Below are positions 1-12,299 of a DNA stretch of 64,000 nt, one piece after another. The stretch covers positions 39,742,001-39,806,000 of the forward strand of contig OX597828.1 in the NCBI GenBank assembly GCA_951406725.2, in the 5' to 3' direction. The translations under genes and the position numbers were made by a program. Under the pieces are notes generated by a model. The model did not search any database, was not told the origin of the DNA, and saw only the letters and a list, made by a program, of their open reading frames with translations. Each line of letters starts with the position of its first letter. Within the stretch, counting starts at the first letter, position 1. This stretch comes from Octopus vulgaris (lineage: Eukaryota).

Positions 1-1805
1 CAATCATATAAATGCTCTCACTGCTTTCGATTTGAGAAATGTTGAAATATGAGAATTATCCATTGTGTTGTTTTAGAAGTGTGCACTTAGAATTTACAAA
101 ATCTACTGACATTATTAACCTTTGTCTTTCAGTGAGAAAGTGGTCTGTTCATAAAAATCTCAAAGTATTATTTGAGTAATGATAAGTCATCATCATTACT
201 ATTGCCAATTAAAGTTTGTTCTCCATGCTGGCATGGGTTGGATGTTTCAGCAGGAGCTGGCCAGCTACAGCACTTGCCAGTTGGAGGGCTGCCTGAACTT
301 GTTTATCTGTTTTAGGCATGGTTTCTATGGCTTTACAGAGTGTACCGTGTGCTTTTAACAGGACACCGGCTCGAGTGCTCTTACATGGCACTGGCATGGA
401 TGTTCTTACATGGCACCAGCTTGGATGTACATTTATGCAGTAGTGGCACATGTGTTTATATGTGGAACTTGGATGGTCACTCTTATGTGTCACTAGTACG
501 GGTGCTTTTATGCAGCCCCAGCACCTGCGAGTCTGCTAGAGTAGGATCTCTTAGCTGAGAGACAGATGTAAAGGACAAGCCTGTATGTATGGATGGCCAC
601 AATTTTACTTAGCTTCATGCGTCTTCCCTAGCACAATACACTGCTTAATGTCTCAGTCCCTTGTTGTCCCTTCTGTGAAGCCCAACATCTGAAGATCCTT
701 TCTCAAAATTTCATCCCACATGTTCCTTCCTCAATTAGAGATTAGCAATTCTTGATGCAGCTGTCCTCGTCCATATGCATCATATGTCCATATCAGCACA
801 ATCTTCTCGTTCACTACATCTAATGTTTTATATACCCAACTTTTTTTTCCAATCACTTACACCATCATACATGCACACTGACATTACCCATCCAGCAGAG
901 TATGCCGGATTCATTTCATGTGTTGTCAGTGGTCACAGCCTATGTTTCACTGCCATGTGGTACATTGGATTTCAAAGATTGCCAGAATGTTCTGAAATGT
1001 TTCTCAAACAGACTTCTTTCATTGGATTTATAATTTCCAACCATCTACAACAGGTATTTTTTGAGTAATTCGAATATATTTCGACATATACATTAATTCT
1101 TGCTTTAAGAGTTTAGACAGTAGCTAAAATGAATGTTAGATGAATACATAGGTACAGTGCTGGCCTATAATGGATGAAATTGTTTAAAAGAAATGCAAAA
1201 AATTAGCTTCTAACTTCTCTCACAAAAGTCAAGACAAAACTGTTTATAAACTAGTGTAGTATCATGACAGGGTATTTTATGCTCAACAGGATGTTTGATA
1301 TGCATATTATATAGTAGAAGATTAGCATATTCAGAAGGCTCATCATCGTTTAACGTCCGCTTTTCATGCTGGCATGGGTTGGACAGTTTGACTGAGGACT
1401 GGTGAGCCAGAGACCACACCAGGCTCAATCTGATCTGACAAAGTTTCTGCAGCTGGATACCATTCCTAACGCCAACCACTCTGAGAGTGCAGTGGGTGCT
1501 TTTACATGCCCCCAGCATGAGGGCCAGTCAGGCAGTTCTAGCAATGACCATGCTCAAAAGGTGTTTTTATGTGCTACCTGCACAGGAGCCAGTCCAGCAG
1601 CACTGGCAAAGACCCTGCATGAATGTTGTGTTTCACGTGCCACCAGCACATGTGCCGGTAAGGCAACGCTGGCAGTGATCATGCTCGAATGGTGCTTTTC
1701 ATGTGTCACCGGTACGGGAGCCAATTCGTGGCCCTGGTAACGATCAGGTTTGGATGTGCTTTTAATGTTCCACTGGCAACGAGTGCCAAGCAGTCAGTAC
1801 TGTCA
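1..1805 (-). repeat. Inverted segmental duplicate of copy B intron 1 (~19565-21352)
   Basis: Near-identical reverse complement, with mirrored ORF pairs (209-493/20861-21145, 775-1068/20286-20579). Confidence 0.95.
190..800 (-). mobile_element. RTE-type LINE 3' fragment with (GAT)n tail (mirrored at ~20560-21165, +)
   Basis: Shares the ccatgctggcatgggttgga end module with the other copies. Confidence 0.6.
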
Positions 1806-2230
1806 TCGGCCAAGTCAGCGATTTAGATTTGTTTACACTTGCCTCAAAAATCTTTGCAAGCAAAGTTCATTGTCCAATGAATGAGGTGTACTTATAAGTG
1901 GGCTGGTTACACCCCACGTTCGGATATGCTTTTAACGTTTCACTGACATGAGTGCCAATCAGGCGGTACTGCCATCGGCCACGTCAGCGATTTAGATCTT
2001 GATTACACTTGCCTCAATAGGTCTTCGCAAGCAAAGTTTATTATCTAATGAATGAGAGTATTCATAAGTGGGTTGGTTACACCCATTGGCATATGCCGTG
2101 GGCTATGATCTCACTTGGTTTGTTGCGTCTTCTCAGGCACAGCATATCTCCAAAGGTCTTGGTCACTAGTCATTGCCTCACTAAGGCCCAATGTCTGAAG
2201 GTCGTGCTTCACCACCTCATCCCAGGTCTT
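1340..2230 (-). mobile_element. RTE LINE 3' end: C-terminal peptide, repetitive 3'UTR and (GAT)n tail
   Basis: The minus strand encodes KTWDEVVKHDLQTLGLSEAMTSDQDLWRYAV, an RTE C-terminus. Related copies lie at 6873-7290, 8340-8760, 19565-20013 and 29067-29420. Confidence 0.7.
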
Positions 2231-2849
2231 GATTACATACGTAACAGGCGTGCAAACACACTCATAGATACATACACATTCATATGCAAAATGTGACGAT
2301 ACACACACACACACTCTCACATACAATCACATACATATAGTAAGAGAGACACATACATTCATGCATGCCAGTCGTCACATATGTATATGTATGTGTGTTG
2401 AATAACGTACCTAACGCAGAGACACACTCATATACAAAATGTGACGTTGTCGATTGCTGAAACACACATACACACTGACAGACACATGCACACTCATACA
2501 TTGACAGACATACACTCATATACAAAATGTGACGTTGTCGTCATCGTCGTGGTATAAAATGTGCTGTACTACATTTGACTATAGAAAGATTGTTTTAATG
2601 AAAAAAATTACATATTGACACTAATATGATTTGGTGGAGCCGTTTGAGAATGCATTGGGAACAGACAGAGAGGCAGAGAGACAAAGAATTCTTATATATA
2701 TGGATTAAGTACAGGTATTAAATGTTAATCTAAGGGTTAATATGTAACTATAAATATCTTGCAACCTTGGAACAGCAGTGATAATTATTAACTGTTAATT
2801 GAACGATATATGTGTAAAAGAATATGATCTTAGTGTTATCACATTAGAA

Positions 2850-3049
2850 TTAAAAGTGAAACAATATTATATCCCATCTCGTAATACCGAGCCAGTCTAA
2901 GAGATTGCTCTGGGCCCGCATTAGGCAAAAAGCAGACTCTAAGTAATGCATATGTAAAATTTGAATGAAATCGGTTGAGTAATTCTCGAGTTTTAGGGAT
3001 TCACACATACATACGGACAGACAGACATTCTCAGTTTTATTTATATAGA
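2850..3049 (-). mobile_element. Helitron 5' end fragment
   Basis: Reverse complement begins TCTATATAAATAAAACTGAGAATGTC, like the ends at 22890 and 30415. Confidence 0.55.
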
Positions 3050-4164
3050 TATACATAAAAGACTTTTTCAGTTTTCCCGAGCGTCAAAATAATACACTTA
3101 CTTGTTATATATACATATATATATATATATAAGCGCGTGTGTGCGTATGTGTGAAATTTTAAAAATAAATATTATTTACGATTACAGTTTGCACAACAAT
3201 TTTGTAAACATCTTGCTACAGTTCGCCTGCACTGAATGCTCCGATTGTTGCTTTACTTCTCTCTGCAACGTTGACCGATGTGAAACACATTGCATTTTGT
3301 TATGTGTAAAATGAGATCAGTTACGCTTGTAGTGACCCTATAACGGCGCACGCTCGCGCACCATCCATTTGTATTTCGCGCGTGTTGGTGCCTTTACCAA
3401 GGCAGAGAGAGGAAGGGCCCTCTCGCGCATGCGCGAAGTACCGGAAGAAGAACCCTATTGCCTACGTAGCAGTTAGAACGTTTGACCACTAGCAGCAGTC
3501 AGCGGGGACTTTGAGACATGGCTATCGAAGGCAACGGTCACGTATATTCTCTCTCCGTCAGGACTTGATTCTAGCAGCAGTCGGCCGAATGCCTTTAACC
3601 AAATTGTTGCCGACCACATTCAACTTCCCTGTTTCGACGCCATCTTGAACCCGTTCTGGTTTTAGCGGCTGAATATTGTAAATATTACAATCGATTAACT
3701 TTCAGCCTTGCGCGCCCCGAACCAAGGACATCAGATAACCACTTATTGTTATTGTTACCAAGAAAGAGAATAAAGTAGTATATATATATTTTACGTCTGC
3801 GTCTTGTTGTTTCTGACTGGTAGAGAATCTGGATTATTAAAGCAACGGCTAGTGATTGCTTTCTTGTACCCCGAAAGTACAAGAGAAGATACACATCACA
3901 CTAAGTTCGTTACACGCTTATGAATGCAGAATGAACTTTCAAATATATTATAATACTTTTCTCTTGCTTACTCTCTCTCCCTTTCCTTAAACTGCGTCTG
4001 TGTTTTTTAAAACATGTTGTCTACAAATCTACTCTCAGTTTTTCTCTTTCTCTTTCTGCCCTCTACTGCGTCTTTCTCTCTTTCATTATATTTCTTTCTC
4101 TCTCATTTTTTTTTCTTACAAAGATCTCTCTTTCATAACAAATAACCCCCCTCTCTCTCATATA

Positions 4165-4314
4165 TTATCAGTGGTGAAGGCCGGTTTATGGGGTTACCTT
4201 GGATAGGGGTTTTAGGCCAACAGGCCTTGGGGTCTGACGATATGCCATAGAGTTAAACCCTTTATGGACGGGAAACCCAGGAAACCCCCATAAACCGGCC
4301 TTCACCAGTGATAA
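4165..4314. mobile_element. ~150-bp MITE-like hairpin
   Basis: ttatcagtggtgaaggccggtttatgggg ... cccccataaaccggccttcaccagtgataa inverted repeat. Confidence 0.65.
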
Positions 4315-4372
4315 AATATAGACTGCTCTATTTCTTAGAGTGTGCTTCTCCGGATTTATGCTTTTCCAAAAG

Positions 4373-4417
<45 letters not shown>

Positions 4418-4610
4418 GGAACTAGGAGTCCAATATGTAGAATAACTGTGTTTGTTAATGTATATTGATATATTTTGTTTATTTTGTATTATTGTATTAA
4501 TGAGTATATATATATGTGTAATATTATGAGTGTCTATGCACACGTTTTTATATTTTATATTTTTATATTTATATGTAAAAAAAATTTTTCACACTTATAA
4601 TAAATTAAAT

Positions 4611-4721
4611 TCTCTGAAGAGGCCGTGGGACATCCTTGTTAATGTCTCATTTATACCTGCCTTATATGGCTTATAGGTTAAATGAGGCATACTTGTCCTC
4701 ACGGCCGAAACAGCTGTCAGA
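4611..4721 (+). ncRNA. Type I hammerhead ribozyme motif, intact core, extended stem II
   Basis: UCU-CUGAAGA-GGCCGUG..CACGGCC-GAAAC-AGCU-GUC|AGA. Confidence 0.75.
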
Positions 4722-5214
4722 TATGATATAATTATATATTATATTTTATATTTTATATTTCTATTTCCTTGTCTAATTATATTTACAATATATTTTGTAT
4801 AATGCCTTTGCTGTTATGTAATGGTGTAATAAAGTATTGATTGGGTATTATCTGATGGTTGATGTTTGATTAATTTAAGTATGTTTCTCCATTTTCTAAT
4901 TTTGTATATATATACACACACACACAAATATTCTATAATAGCTAATTCCTTCACAACGCACCGAATTTAGAAATAGGAGTAAAAATTCCTTTTCTGCTAC
5001 CGTAAAGATCTCCCAGATAGTAACACACTTTTTTACGCAGGTAAAAAGAAAAAATAACGAATCCGCACGTTGTGAAGCAATTAGCTGACCCCTCTGCCGG
5101 TAACCTTCATCTGAGCAGAGCACCTACCGAAGGGTTTCACTTGCGGTCTCTTATCAGCTATAGCTATCTTGTTCTAGTTTTAGATGTGCCTGTTTCTTCG
5201 ATGGCTTTCTTTAG

Positions 5215-6100
5215 TTGTCTGGGTCTCAGACCTATTTTCTGCAGGAAATAGCAGACCGCCCTACATGGAAAGCTGCGGCAGCCGATTTCAGTGGAAATAA
5301 GGCTGCAAGCCAGCCCTTGACAAAGCCTTGTTATCTAAGTCCAGACATTTTGATTTCTTTACTTGGTGGGAAATATCGAGTCTGTCCTCCCAGGGCACTG
5401 TAAGTTCGACCACGATGCAGGAACCTGCAGAGCAAGAACATCTCTGGTTGAGGTGAGGTTACCACTATCTCTTCTCGAAAAACAAGTCTACCCCTAGGGT
5501 CAACTTGCATCTCCCAGTCTGATGCTTAACGCAAAATGGCAAACAGGGCGCCTTTCATTGCTTTCGTCTTATGATATTCGTCGCCTATCTTTAGGAATTT
5601 GGTACCCTTTTTTGGAGGTGGGTGGTGTTTATTAGCCTTCACCCTTTGCATATAAGTCCACTATACGATTTCTGCAAGAACCTCGTCATGTTTCCCAAAG
5701 CCCTAGAGCATCCGGTCAAAATGTGGTTCAAAGTGCAAAGAGTTGCTCCGCACTGCTTGCAGAATGAGTCTTTTTCTTTATTCCATATTTTAAGATAGTT
5801 TGAGGTTGGCAAGAGATCAGTGACAGCACGAGGGAAGTAGGCCAATCTTCCTTGGTCAGTGTTCCAGAGTTCCTTCCAAGGCAGTGGACATTTGAGTGTC
5901 TGGTCCCACTGCATCCATTGACCCTGGTGAGCAAGTCCTACAGCCTTCACCCAACGACCCTCCTCAGTTGAACCAAGGATCCTTTGCACTCCTGCCCTTG
6001 GTATTGGTGTATTTCCACCTATTGGTACTATAATCGCCAAGTCTTAGGCTGTCCTTCACAGACTATCCCAACAGTCTCCCGATGTTTCCAGTATGTCTCC
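5215..6100 (-). mobile_element. Decayed RLE-type non-LTR retrotransposon (HERO/NeSL/R2 group), C-terminal part
   Basis: QGQW..W, DLLPT..L..W, CCHC knuckle CKQCGA..TLNHILTGC, followed by RLE-like PD..VELTVPWE remnants. Confidence 0.72.
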
Positions 6101-6136
6101 GCTTACTGTGGGTTTCTATTTTCTCCCACACATCAT

Positions 6137-6175
<39 letters not shown>

Positions 6176-6385
6176 ACCTCTCTTTCTTCAGAACAACTCA
6201 GTAGAGACGTTGTTATAGCAACAAAGTAGAAGCGGGGTTGATTAATCCAGAACATTTCATACTGTTTCATTAAGCATTACAAGATGAATACAAAAAATAA
6301 ATAAGCGGCTCCAATTCGTGTCGTATGATTTAGAAAATAAATTTTATAAATTGGAACAAGTTCAACACTTTCAAATGCTCAAGTG

Positions 6386-9246
6386 TGGTACTTGTCTATT
6401 GTCGTGGTCCCGGTTTCTCACACGCGAATTCGCGCGCGCGCGCCAGACGTAGGTACTCGATACTCGAGATCCTACGAGGTGACTTGCGCATGCGCAGTGC
6501 AGAATTCGCGCATGCGCGTTACCCCCCCTAAAAAAAAGGTGTTGGATTTCACTAAAAATATATGTGTGTGTGTGTGTGTGTATATATAACATTTTCAATT
6601 TTACACAAAAAAATTACATAGTCGCTTTCCTCGCGGATTTACAGATAAATGAATTAATTACTATTTTACAGAATAAAATTAATGAATTAATTATATAAAT
6701 TAAATAATTCTTGAAAATTAATTAATATTAATAATATTTTTTGAACAAAGTAAATAATTTATAAAACTTGGTTAATAATTTTTTTACACAAACGCGAACG
6801 TATATAATTTGTGAAACTTTTTTTTTTTTACAGACGTATATAATTTGGTAAACTTAATGAATTAATTTCTTCTCATCATCATCATCGTTTAACGTCCGTT
6901 CTCCATGCCAGCATGGGTTGGACGGTTCGACCGGGGATCTGGGAAGCCAGAAGGCTGCACCAGACTCCAGTCTTATCTGGCAATGTTTCTACAGCTGGAT
7001 GCCCTTCCTAACGCCAACCACTCCGAGAGTGTAGTGGGTGCTTTTACATGCCACCCGCACAGGTGCCAGGAGAGGCTGGCAACGGCCACGGTCGGATTGG
7101 TGCCAGTCGAGGCGGCTCTGGCATCGGCCACGATTCGGATAGTGCTTTTTACGTACCACCAGTCCAGGGGTCCTGGCATTTGCCGGGTGCCACACTTGCC
7201 CCAACATGTCTTCGCAAGCAAAGGGGGTTGGCGTGGGTGCCTGTCGTGGGATGAGGTTCGATATCAACTTCGCTTGCCTCAACAGGTCTTTGTGTATAAA
7301 TGTATAAATTTTTCGCACTAAATTCTTTCCGTAGAATTTATCAAAAAACGCGCAAAATTATTCCGTAGAATTTATCAAATTAAAAAACGCAAAATTAATA
7401 TATTTTTTGAAATTGCAAATTATTTAGAATATAAAACAAATGAAGTTAAATTTTAAAAATAAATGTCATATACTTATACTCTGTAAGGTGCTGTGTTCAC
7501 ACTTCAATTTACTATTTTCTAGAAATGTTGCTTTTCTGATTGAAACAATTTTTCTCAATCTCCATTTAAAAGTCCATCATGCCTCTTGAGCCATATCAAA
7601 ATGAACAACTTTGAATTACGCGGCGGCGGTGGTGGTGGTGGTGGTGGTGTGAGGTTCTAATTTTTTCTGATCTCTCTTTGCCCCCTCTTTATCTCAGTTG
7701 TTCATTCCGCTAATATTTAGAAAAATTTTCGCGCCCAATTTTTGTTGTCGCGGGAAAAGATGAACGATTTAAAATAAATATATCTTAATTGTAGTGTGAG
7801 AAAGTATATATATTCTGATGACAAAATATATTATCTTTCAAAAACATCCCAAATTTATAGACTATATCGTGTAGGTTTAAAAATATATATATATATATAT
7901 ATATATAAGAGAATGAAACATCTTTCATCTGTCCCCCACCACACCTCCATCTAGGGGGGCAAAGAGAGATCAGAAAAAATTAGAACCTCACACCACCACC
8001 ACCACCACCGCCGCGTAATTCAAAGTTGTTCATTTTGATATGGCTCAAGAGGCATTATGGACTTTTAAATGGAGATTGAGAAAAATTGTTTCAATTAGAA
8101 AAGCAACATTTCTAGAAAATAGTAAATTGAAGTGTGAACACAGCACCTTACAGAGTATAAGTATATGACATTTATTTTTAAAATTTAACTTCATTTGTTT
8201 TATATTCTAAATAATTTGCAATTTCAAAAAATATATTAATTTTGCGTTTTTTAATTTGATAAATTCTACGGAATAATTTTGCGCGTTTTTTGATAAATTC
8301 TACAGAAAGAATTTAGCGAAAAATTTATACATTTATACACAAAGACCTGTTGAGGCAAGCGAAGTTGATATCGAACCTCATCCCACGACAGGCACCCACG
8401 CCAACCCCCTTTGCTTGCGAAGACATGTTGGGGCAAGTGTGGCACCCGGCAAATGCCAGGACCCCTGGACTGGTGGTACGTAAAAAGCACTATCCGAATC
8501 GTGGCCGATGCCAGAGCCGCCTCGACTGGCACCAATCCGACCGTGGCCGTTGCCAGCCTCTCCTGGCACCTGTGCGGGTGGCATGTAAAAAGCACCCACT
8601 ACACTTTCGGAGTGGTTGGCGTTAGGAAGGGCATCCAGCTGTAGAAACATTGCCAGATAAGACTGGAGTCTGGTGCAGCCTTCTGGCTTCCCAGATCCCC
8701 GGTCGAACCGTCCAACCCATGCTGGCATGGAGAACGGACGTTAAACGATGATGATGATGAGAAGAAATTAATTCATTAAGTTTACCAAATTATATACGTC
8801 TGTAAAAAAAAAAAAGTTTCACAAATTATATACGTTCGCGTTTGTGTAAAAAAAATTATTAACCAAGTTTTATAAATTATTTACTTTGTTCAAAAAATAT
8901 TATTAATATTAATTAATTTTCAAGAATTATTTAATTTATATAATTAATTCATTAATTTTATTCTGTAAAATAGTAATTAATTCATTTATCTGTAAATCCG
9001 CGAGGAAAGCGACTATGTAATTTTTTTGTGTAAAATTGAAAATGTTATATATACACACACACACACACACATATATATTTTTAGTGAAATCCAACACCTT
9101 TTTTTTTAGGGGGGGGTAACGCGCATGCGCGAATTCTGCACTGCGCATGCGCAAGTCACCTCGTAGGATCTCGAGTATCGAGTACCTACGTCTGGCGCGC
9201 GAATTCGCGTGTGAGAAACCGGGACCACGACAATAGACAAGTACCA
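6386..9246. mobile_element. Foldback-like element: ~1.3-kb inverted arms (6386-7685 and 7955-9246) around a ~270-bp spacer
   Basis: The arms are near-perfect reverse complements, with mirrored ORFs 6905-7321/8266-8728. Confidence 0.9.
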
Positions 9247-9569
9247 ATTACTCATACAATGGGGCACTCGTATTGCGAGGTTCTACTGTATAAACAAAGG
9301 CACATAACGTACTGATAATGTGAGACGTTGATACAAGAGGAATTGACAATTGGAGAAGATGTCAACGAAGACATAAGCGCAGAGAGCATAGACTCTTGAG
9401 TGCCGCAATATGTCCTTACTAATAGCGTTAGAGACCTATTGGAGAGAAATGTCTTTTATCTTGGAATGAAATTTGCCCGTAAACTCCGTATTCTGTCGTA
9501 CATTGCAGTAAGAGGTGGACAAAAGTGTGTAGAAAGTGAACTCATAGAATTAACTCTTAGAACATTTTA

Positions 9570-9690
9570 ATAAATTAGCTTTTAAATTAGCTTATAAATT
9601 AGCTTTTAAATTAGCTTTTAAATAGCTTTTAAATTAGCTTATAAGTATAAAATTAGCTTATAAGTATTAAATCAGCTTATAAGTATAAAT
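9570..9690. repeat. Minisatellite (AAATTAGCTTWT)n, expanded only in copy A
   Basis: About 8 units here versus about 2 in copies B and C. Confidence 0.75.
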
Positions 9691-9863
9691 TGATATTTAA
9701 AAATGGTCATAGTGAGTATAGAAACTTTAGTCGTAATGAGAATACAAATGTTTTAGTAATAACGTTAGTATAAATATTTTAGTAATTTAGTTGGTATATA
9801 ATATTTTACAATTCGAAGTTTGTGTAATTTTTGTCTGTATAAAAAGTTGATAAATTTACTTAC

Positions 9864-9934
9864 ATATATAATAGCAGAAGAACAATTGAGAGGAGAACTC
9901 AATTCGGTATAGTAAAGAAGCTGAGGGTATCCAT
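9864..9934 (-). pseudogene. CYP copy A coding exon 1 with a nonsense codon (C12*)
   Basis: Reverse complement is identical to copy B exon 1 except TGT>TGA (TCA at 9899-9901). The gtaagt donor is retained. Confidence 0.88.
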
Positions 9935-11927
9935 TGTCTTAGAATTTGCTGATGAACGACTGTCAAAATCAATATAGAAAAGCTAACTACACAACTGTTT
10001 TCATAATATAACTAATGTCGGCTGTAATAAAGTTAACATCAAAGAAAAGTCAAAATAATATCGGATGAAAAAGAAAAAAAGATTGCTACTGAAGTATTTC
10101 TAATTTAAGCAGAAGGCTAGCGATTTTATGGAGAAGAGGTAAGTAATATAAACGACTTCAATACTTGACTGGTATCTCAATTTATCGAACCTGGAAATTT
10201 ACTGTTAAACAGGGCTTGATTTGAATTCAGAACGTTAAAAAAGCGATAATGGATATTGCGAGTTATTTTTGCAGGCGTTCACTAAAAATTAAATTAAAAA
10301 ACCAGTAACAATTTAAGGGCGTAGCTAAACTTGCAATTTGTTAAGCGATGTACAACCCGTCACTCCACCCGGCCATTTAAAACCCTCCCCTTTCTTTTTC
10401 TTTTTCATAGTAATTTAATTGTGATTCAACTTACGTAATTAAAATTACAGTATATTTGCAAAGCGAGTTTTTTTTTTGTCCTCCAACGTAGTAAAGAATG
10501 TTGTGACCTGAACTGAGTTAATGTTGTCTAAATGATTATATATACTGATATAGACGGTGGCAGGTCAAAGAATCTGTAAATAAGGAAGGTGAAGTTTAGC
10601 AGACATTAAATGACAGAAGAGAGAGAGAGAGAGAGATTAGAGACAGGAGAGGAAATTTAACATACGAGAAAATATAGTAGACGGCAAAAGTATGTTTTTA
10701 AAATTCAAATATCAAATATAATAAAAGCCAAGGTAAACGTTCGAGAGATCTTTGACCTGTCAGAAATAGTATCGAGGTCTCTCAAATTTCCATCTATGTT
10801 AAGAAAAACAATAGAGTAGTTAAATAATAAGGTTACAGTTTTTCCATTTTCTCAATGAGGTGGTCATAAATGGAATGTCTTAGATTACACTGGGGAACAA
10901 TTTTTAACACAATTTCTGTTGTTTGGTTTTTCACTTGATTTAGACCAAAGGTTTTCAACGGAGGCCATTTGGAGCTTGAGGGAGCATTTTGGAGCAAAGG
11001 GGCGCTAGGGGAGGGGGCGTTAAGATGAGTAAGCTATCAAACCAGCATGATCTCAAGCTCCAATTCATGGCTTACACATCAGACTATGGTTGGTGGAGAG
11101 AAGATGCTGAGGCCTTCATCCTGCAATGGACTGAACATGGGGAGTCTAATCTAAAATGTATCTGTATGATTGTGTGTGTGTGTGTGTGTGCATGTATGTA
11201 ACTATAGCTTCTATAGTCTAGTTTTAAAATGCCAATGACTACCAACACAAACATACCATGTGAAAATATATAAACTATTCAACTTATGACAGCCTATTTA
11301 TACTAAAGGTATAGATTTCATACAAAATTCATAAATAAAGAAAGAAAGAAAGAAGGTGAGTTTTAATGTCCATCTCTGTACATAATAAGTTCAAATATGG
11401 CTTTGTGGTTTAGATTTTTGCTTTGTAATCACATAATTCTGGGTTTGATGCCTGTATGATATCTTTAGCCTGGAGTAGACCAATACCATCTGGGTGGAAT
11501 TTGGTAGATTGAAAGATTAAGACTGTGTATATATATATACCCTAAGAAATCAAACTACAACTCCTCTTCTAACTGCATCTTTCTCTTCCTCACATTTCCT
11601 CTTCATAAATTATGACTGCATTCCAATCCCATTTCTTGCCCTCACTGCCCTGCTCAGAGTATCACTGCTCCCCAAACCCCCCACACCCACACCCACACCC
11701 TATTTTTCCAACCTGGTTCTACACTCATATTCTTGTTACTTGTAAGTACACCCTAGCACTTCACCATCTCTCTCCTACTCTCTCTTACACACACACACAC
11801 ACATATACTCTCTCTCTCTCTCTCTCTCTCTATTTCCCTGTGGTCACTCTCTCCTCTTGTTTTTCCTCTGACAAGGTAAGCAAGTATCTCCTTTACATCA
11901 ACACACTTGTTTCTAGCCTCTTTCTTG

Positions 11928-11970
<43 letters not shown>

Positions 11971-12299
11971 CTTTCTCTCTCTTTCACTGGGTAACCATGT
12001 ACCTCTTCTATAGCAAGACACCTATATCTGCCTCTCTATTTCCCTGTTACACTCTAACCTTTCATCATCTGATACTAAATCACCTCCTTTAATGTCCATT
12101 CCGTCATGGCAAGACACCTGCTTCTGTCTGTCTCTGTCTCTTTGTCACACTCTAACCTTTCATCTTCTGACACAAGTTCCCCTCCTCAAATGCCCCTGCT
12201 CCTCTCATAATTCCTTATCTTGTGAGTTACTTGGTTACTCTGCCAGTGCTGGTGCCACATTAAAAGCATTAAACTTGTCCTCTCACTTAACTGCTTCTC

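Larger units (their letters stand above)
9247..11012 (-). repeat. Inverted duplicate of the CYP promoter/exon 1 block (matches ~57718-60270 and ~16695-19560)
   Basis: Direct sequence comparison. Confidence 0.93.

Noticed and set aside
209-1740. Short ORFs repeated at 19560-21145 and 60535-60876
   Set aside because: They are conserved only because of recent duplication of intronic and RTE-tail DNA, and they have no protein motifs.
1490-2000. Regularly recurring gtgctttt..gtgcca units resembling a CRISPR array
   Set aside because: They are degenerate tandem units in an RTE 3'UTR, in a eukaryotic context with no cas genes.
5115-5165. Minus-strand CTGATAAG..GAAAC hammerhead-like string 3' of the RLE LINE
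   Set aside because: The core is altered, and stems I and II do not pair convincingly.
6905-8728. 100-140 aa ORFs in the palindrome arms
   Set aside because: These are chance frames in a GC-richer repeat, not a transposase.
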